From Bryobacteraceae bacterium (GTDB taxonomy: Bacteria > Acidobacteriota > Terriglobia > Bryobacterales > Bryobacteraceae): a stretch of DNA of 64,000 nt. The notes beneath the pieces are model-generated. The model had not been told where the DNA came from and did no database searches. It saw only the letters and a list, made by a program, of their open reading frames with translations. The stretch is taken from the NCBI GenBank assembly GCA_035308525.1, contig DATGGM010000144.1, positions 39,600-103,599 on the forward strand, given 5' to 3'. A program made the position numbers and the translations under genes. Positions 61,512 to 64,000 of this stretch are shown here, in pieces. Within the stretch, counting starts at the first letter, position 1. The number at the start of each line of letters is the position of its first letter.

Positions 61512-62363
61512 TCAGGGGGCCGTCTCGAGCAAATGCCCGATCCCCAGCCGATCGGCCACTTCATCCAGCGAATAATTCATATCCAGCTCCGACGATAAAT
61601 CCCGCGTAGCCTCCCGATGATTCGCCGCCGTGCGGTAATCGCGCATTCCGATCTCGCTGCAATGCCCCTCTTTCACCAGCCGCGCATCGATCGGCTGCAC
61701 CGCGCCATGGTAGCGGTCTCTCCAATACAGAATGCCCACGCCGCTGTCCCACGAATAGCGCTGCCGCCGCGCCCGCTCCTCTTCCGATCCGCATTTAGGG
61801 TGCATCGCGAAATTGCGCCACCAGCCGGCGCCGTTGTCGAATTGGCTCCGGCTCGCGCCCCTGGTCGTGCACCCGCACAGCTCCCAAAAGCGGTGCGATT
61901 TGAAGTTCAGGCTGTTGCGTAATCCGCCCTTGTCCAGCACCGCCGACATCTGGCCGTCCGCCAGCGCCGCGAACCGGGCCGCAAGCTCCTCCATCACGGG
62001 CAACCGGCAAAGCAGATCCGCGTGCCAAAAAGCCAGCCGCTCCGTGAACAGAAATGCAAATTCCAGAGGAAACAGCGGCCACATTACCGGAAAGCCAAAC
62101 GCCGCGTTGAAATCGATCGCCACGGCTTGCGGGATCAGCGGCGGCAGCCCTGCCCTGGGATCGCAGCCCACTACCGGAGTCCAGCCCGCATGCCTCACCA
62201 GCTTTTGCTGCAGGGTTGACCACCGCTGGCTCACGTTCCAGCACAGCCACGGCTTTTCAACCCCAGCCAGCTTCTGCTTCCAGTCCTCCGCGGCTTCGAA
62301 CACGCGCTCCAGCGGGATGCCAAACCCGTTCCAATCGCCTGTGCCGGATTTAGGGTCGGCCAT
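61512..62363 (-). CDS. Hypothetical cytoplasmic protein, Trp/Cys-rich, no recognisable domain
   Basis: Start taken at ATG 62363 (MADPKSGTGDWNG...), one nt after the flippase stop (62367-62365). The track's 62390 start overlaps the flippase gene. Confidence 0.5.
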   Translation of the reverse strand: MADPKSGTGDWNGFGIPLERVFEAAEDWKQKLAGVEKPWLCWNVSQRWSTLQQKLVRHAGWTPVVGCDPRAGLPPLIPQAVAIDFNAAFGFPVMWPLFPLEFAFLFTERLAFWHADLLCRLPVMEELAARFAALADGQMSAVLDKGGLRNSLNFKSHRFWELCGCTTRGASRSQFDNGAGWWRNFAMHPKCGSEEERARRQRYSWDSGVGILYWRDRYHGAVQPIDARLVKEGHCSEIGMRDYRTAANHREATRDLSSELDMNYSLDEVADRLGIGHLLETAP

Positions 62364-62364
62364 A

Positions 62365-63861
62365 CTATCCATTCGGCAACAGAACCGCAATCTTCCGCCG
62401 GACCAGGTCCTTCTCCTCGGGCGTTACGGCTCCCCCCACCAGAACGCCGCCCAAATAAACCATCGCAAACACCATGCCGCAACCGATCAGCACGACGATA
62501 GGCCGCTGACCCCGCAGTGGCAGCCGCACCGCCGCCGTCACCAGGGCGGCCGCCGCGGCCGCCAGCGCCACCTTGCCCACATCTTTCAGCAGCACGATGT
62601 CGGCCCGGCGCACGCCCAGGATGCGCCCGAACCGCACCGCCGTCACAATTCGCTCCGTCAGTGTGACGCTTACAACTACCGTGATCGCACCCGCTGGACC
62701 AAACCGCGTGGTCGCAAACCACAGCCCCGACACCAGCAGCACCAGCAGCGCCACCCGCAGCCGGATCAGAAAGAAGCGCTGCTCCCTGTAAGCGCGGAAT
62801 AACGGATCCTGCAGCAGGATGCCCGCCAACAGCAAAGTGAGATTGATCAAAAAGATGGGCACGCTGGCCAGGTACCGGCGGGTAAACGCAAAGCTGATCA
62901 GCTCCGGCGCCACCACCACTAGCAGTCCGTAAACGGGAAAATACGCCGCGGCCAGCTTGCGCGTGGCGCGCGCCAGCAGCAGCACGATCTCGCGCCCCTG
63001 GTTGAGATGCTCCAATTCGCTCACGCGCGGGATCAGCACGCCATTGGTGGCTTCCTGCAGCAGACCCATGAGCGGCAGGTCCACCGTTCCCACGGCGTAA
63101 ATGGCAAACGCCGCCGCCCCCAGCCGGTTCGAAACGAAGTAAGAGTGCAAATCCGTCTGCGCGATATACAAGATGCCCGCCAGCCCCAGCGGCGCCGCGT
63201 AAGATAACTGGCCGCGCATCAGGCCCCAGTCGAGGCGCGTCCGGAATCTCCCGAATCGCGACCGCGTGTACCAGCACAGCACCGCGGTCTGCAAAATACC
63301 CTGGGCCACTGCCGCGTACAGCAGCGCGCGCACTGTCCCGAATACCATCACGGCGCCCAGGTAAAGCATCGTGCGGGTCAGTTGCACGCTCAGGATCATC
63401 AGGCTGGCGATCTTCGTTTCGCCGTTGGCGATCGGAATCGTCTCCACCGCCGAAGCCATAATCCAGAGCATGATCACGACGCCCACCAGGCCCGAATAGC
63501 TTGCCAGCGCGGGCTGCCGGAAGACCATCCCCAAAATCCCCGGCCACACCGCCAGGCACCCGCAAGCCAGGCCGCCCACCGCCAGGTTGAATACGAAGAT
63601 GTTCCAGACCGTCTCGGCCCGCCGGTCTTTCTCCCGCGGCAGGAAGTAGTAGGAACTCATGGCGAAGCCCAACGGCAGCACCATCACGGCGGTCCCGATA
63701 ACCAGAAAGAGCTGCTGGTAGACTCCGAACTGCGTCAGGTTCAGTCGCCGCACGAGCACCAGCGGCAGAGCCACGTTGAAAAAGAACGCCAGCGTCTTTC
63801 CCAACATCAGCCAGGAGACATGCGCGGTGAGTGACCCGCCTCGCTCAGTGACTCTTGGCAT
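62365..63861 (-). CDS. wzx: Wzx-type polysaccharide flippase (MOP superfamily)
   Basis: 498 aa, ~12-14 TM segments. The N-terminus LMLGKTLAFFFNVALPLVLVRRLNLTQFGVYQQLFLV is typical of polysaccharide biosynthesis (Wzx/RfbX) proteins. Confidence 0.75.
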   Translation of the reverse strand: MPRVTERGGSLTAHVSWLMLGKTLAFFFNVALPLVLVRRLNLTQFGVYQQLFLVIGTAVMVLPLGFAMSSYYFLPREKDRRAETVWNIFVFNLAVGGLACGCLAVWPGILGMVFRQPALASYSGLVGVVIMLWIMASAVETIPIANGETKIASLMILSVQLTRTMLYLGAVMVFGTVRALLYAAVAQGILQTAVLCWYTRSRFGRFRTRLDWGLMRGQLSYAAPLGLAGILYIAQTDLHSYFVSNRLGAAAFAIYAVGTVDLPLMGLLQEATNGVLIPRVSELEHLNQGREIVLLLARATRKLAAAYFPVYGLLVVVAPELISFAFTRRYLASVPIFLINLTLLLAGILLQDPLFRAYREQRFFLIRLRVALLVLLVSGLWFATTRFGPAGAITVVVSVTLTERIVTAVRFGRILGVRRADIVLLKDVGKVALAAAAAALVTAAVRLPLRGQRPIVVLIGCGMVFAMVYLGGVLVGGAVTPEEKDLVRRKIAVLLPNG

Positions 63862-64000
63862 GCCGAAGTTTGTAGATATGCCGGTCGCGCCAATGATATA
63901 AGGTGTGCAGGAAGTGCGGTGCTACGCGCAACATCAGCAGCACCGCCGCCAGCCGCGGCGATCGGTAATGCGCGTTGGCCTGCCTCAGATGCTGGATGGC
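63845..64000 (-). CDS. 3' end of an unidentified CDS (51 codons visible), co-oriented with and overlapping the flippase start
   Basis: Own translation of the reverse strand: AIQHLRQANAHYRSPRLAAVLLMLRVAPHFLHTLYHWRDRHIYKLRHAKSH-stop (TGA at 63847-63845). GC-rich third positions. 17-nt overlap with wzx. Confidence 0.35.
   Translation of the reverse strand, partial: AIQHLRQANAHYRSPRLAAVLLMLRVAPHFLHTLYHWRDRHIYKLRHAKSH

Noticed and set aside
1-64000. Looked for rRNA, tRNA, CRISPR arrays, IS elements, toxin-antitoxin pairs and known phage-defence gene signatures
   Set aside because: None recognised by eye. Non-coding gaps other than 19181-19785 are short (at most ~350 bp) and show no cloverleaf-like or repeat-spacer structure. 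A covariance-model scan would be needed to exclude small RNAs.

Overview
This is a 64-kb, visibly high-GC bacterial window. Its gene content (SBBP and PQQ-like beta-propeller giants, InlB-B-repeat-like domains, a pfa-type synthase) looks Acidobacteriota-like, but that is inference only. All calls rest on my own translation and motif recognition; no homology search was possible and start codons are approximate.

Layout:
1. 1-6458 (-): a PfaA-type synthase (N-terminal extension, KS, AT, 4 tandem ACP, KR) that runs off the window. It is absent from the ORF track because it has no stop codon inside the window.
2. 6649-8859 (-): the gmhB-hddA-hddC trio for GDP-D-glycero-alpha-D-manno-heptose, directly upstream of and co-oriented with the synthase.
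3. 9.0-19.2 kb: a sulfatase-fold enzyme with Thr in place of the formylglycine residue, a SnoaL-like protein, two small hypotheticals, two different initiating phosphoglycosyl transferases (WbaP-type and WecA-type) with overlapping 3' ends, an outer-membrane beta-barrel, a GT4 and an AsnB-type amidotransferase.
4. 19.2-21.4 kb: an AT-richer island with iteron-like repeats and a RepA-like (replication initiator protein A-like) gene, embedded in the glycan locus.
5. 21.4-25.1 kb: two methyltransferases, and an SDR translationally coupled to a Dpm1/GtrB-like GT2.
6. 25.2-37.7 kb: three adjacent giant secreted proteins with different beta-propeller heads. All three end in the same ~1.71-kb cassette, whose last part is a triplicated ~120-130-aa module that I cannot assign to any named family. 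This is the main candidate for something new.
7. 37.9-64 kb: a dense glycan-assembly block. It holds two GT-C-like polytopic proteins, an FkbM methyltransferase, five GT4-type transferases, and a coiled-coil methyltransferase with an in-frame 120-bp duplication plus a headless paralogue. It also holds a DUF4915-like protein, gmd, a Wzy/O-antigen-ligase-family protein translationally coupled to an orphan 1337-aa Cys-rich secreted protein, and an AlgD-like dehydrogenase. It ends with a Trp/Cys-rich orphan, a Wzx-type flippase and a partial CDS.

I recognised no rRNA, tRNA, CRISPR array, transposase or integrase. Most other long ORFs in the track are Arg/Gly/Ala-rich shadow frames of the real genes.
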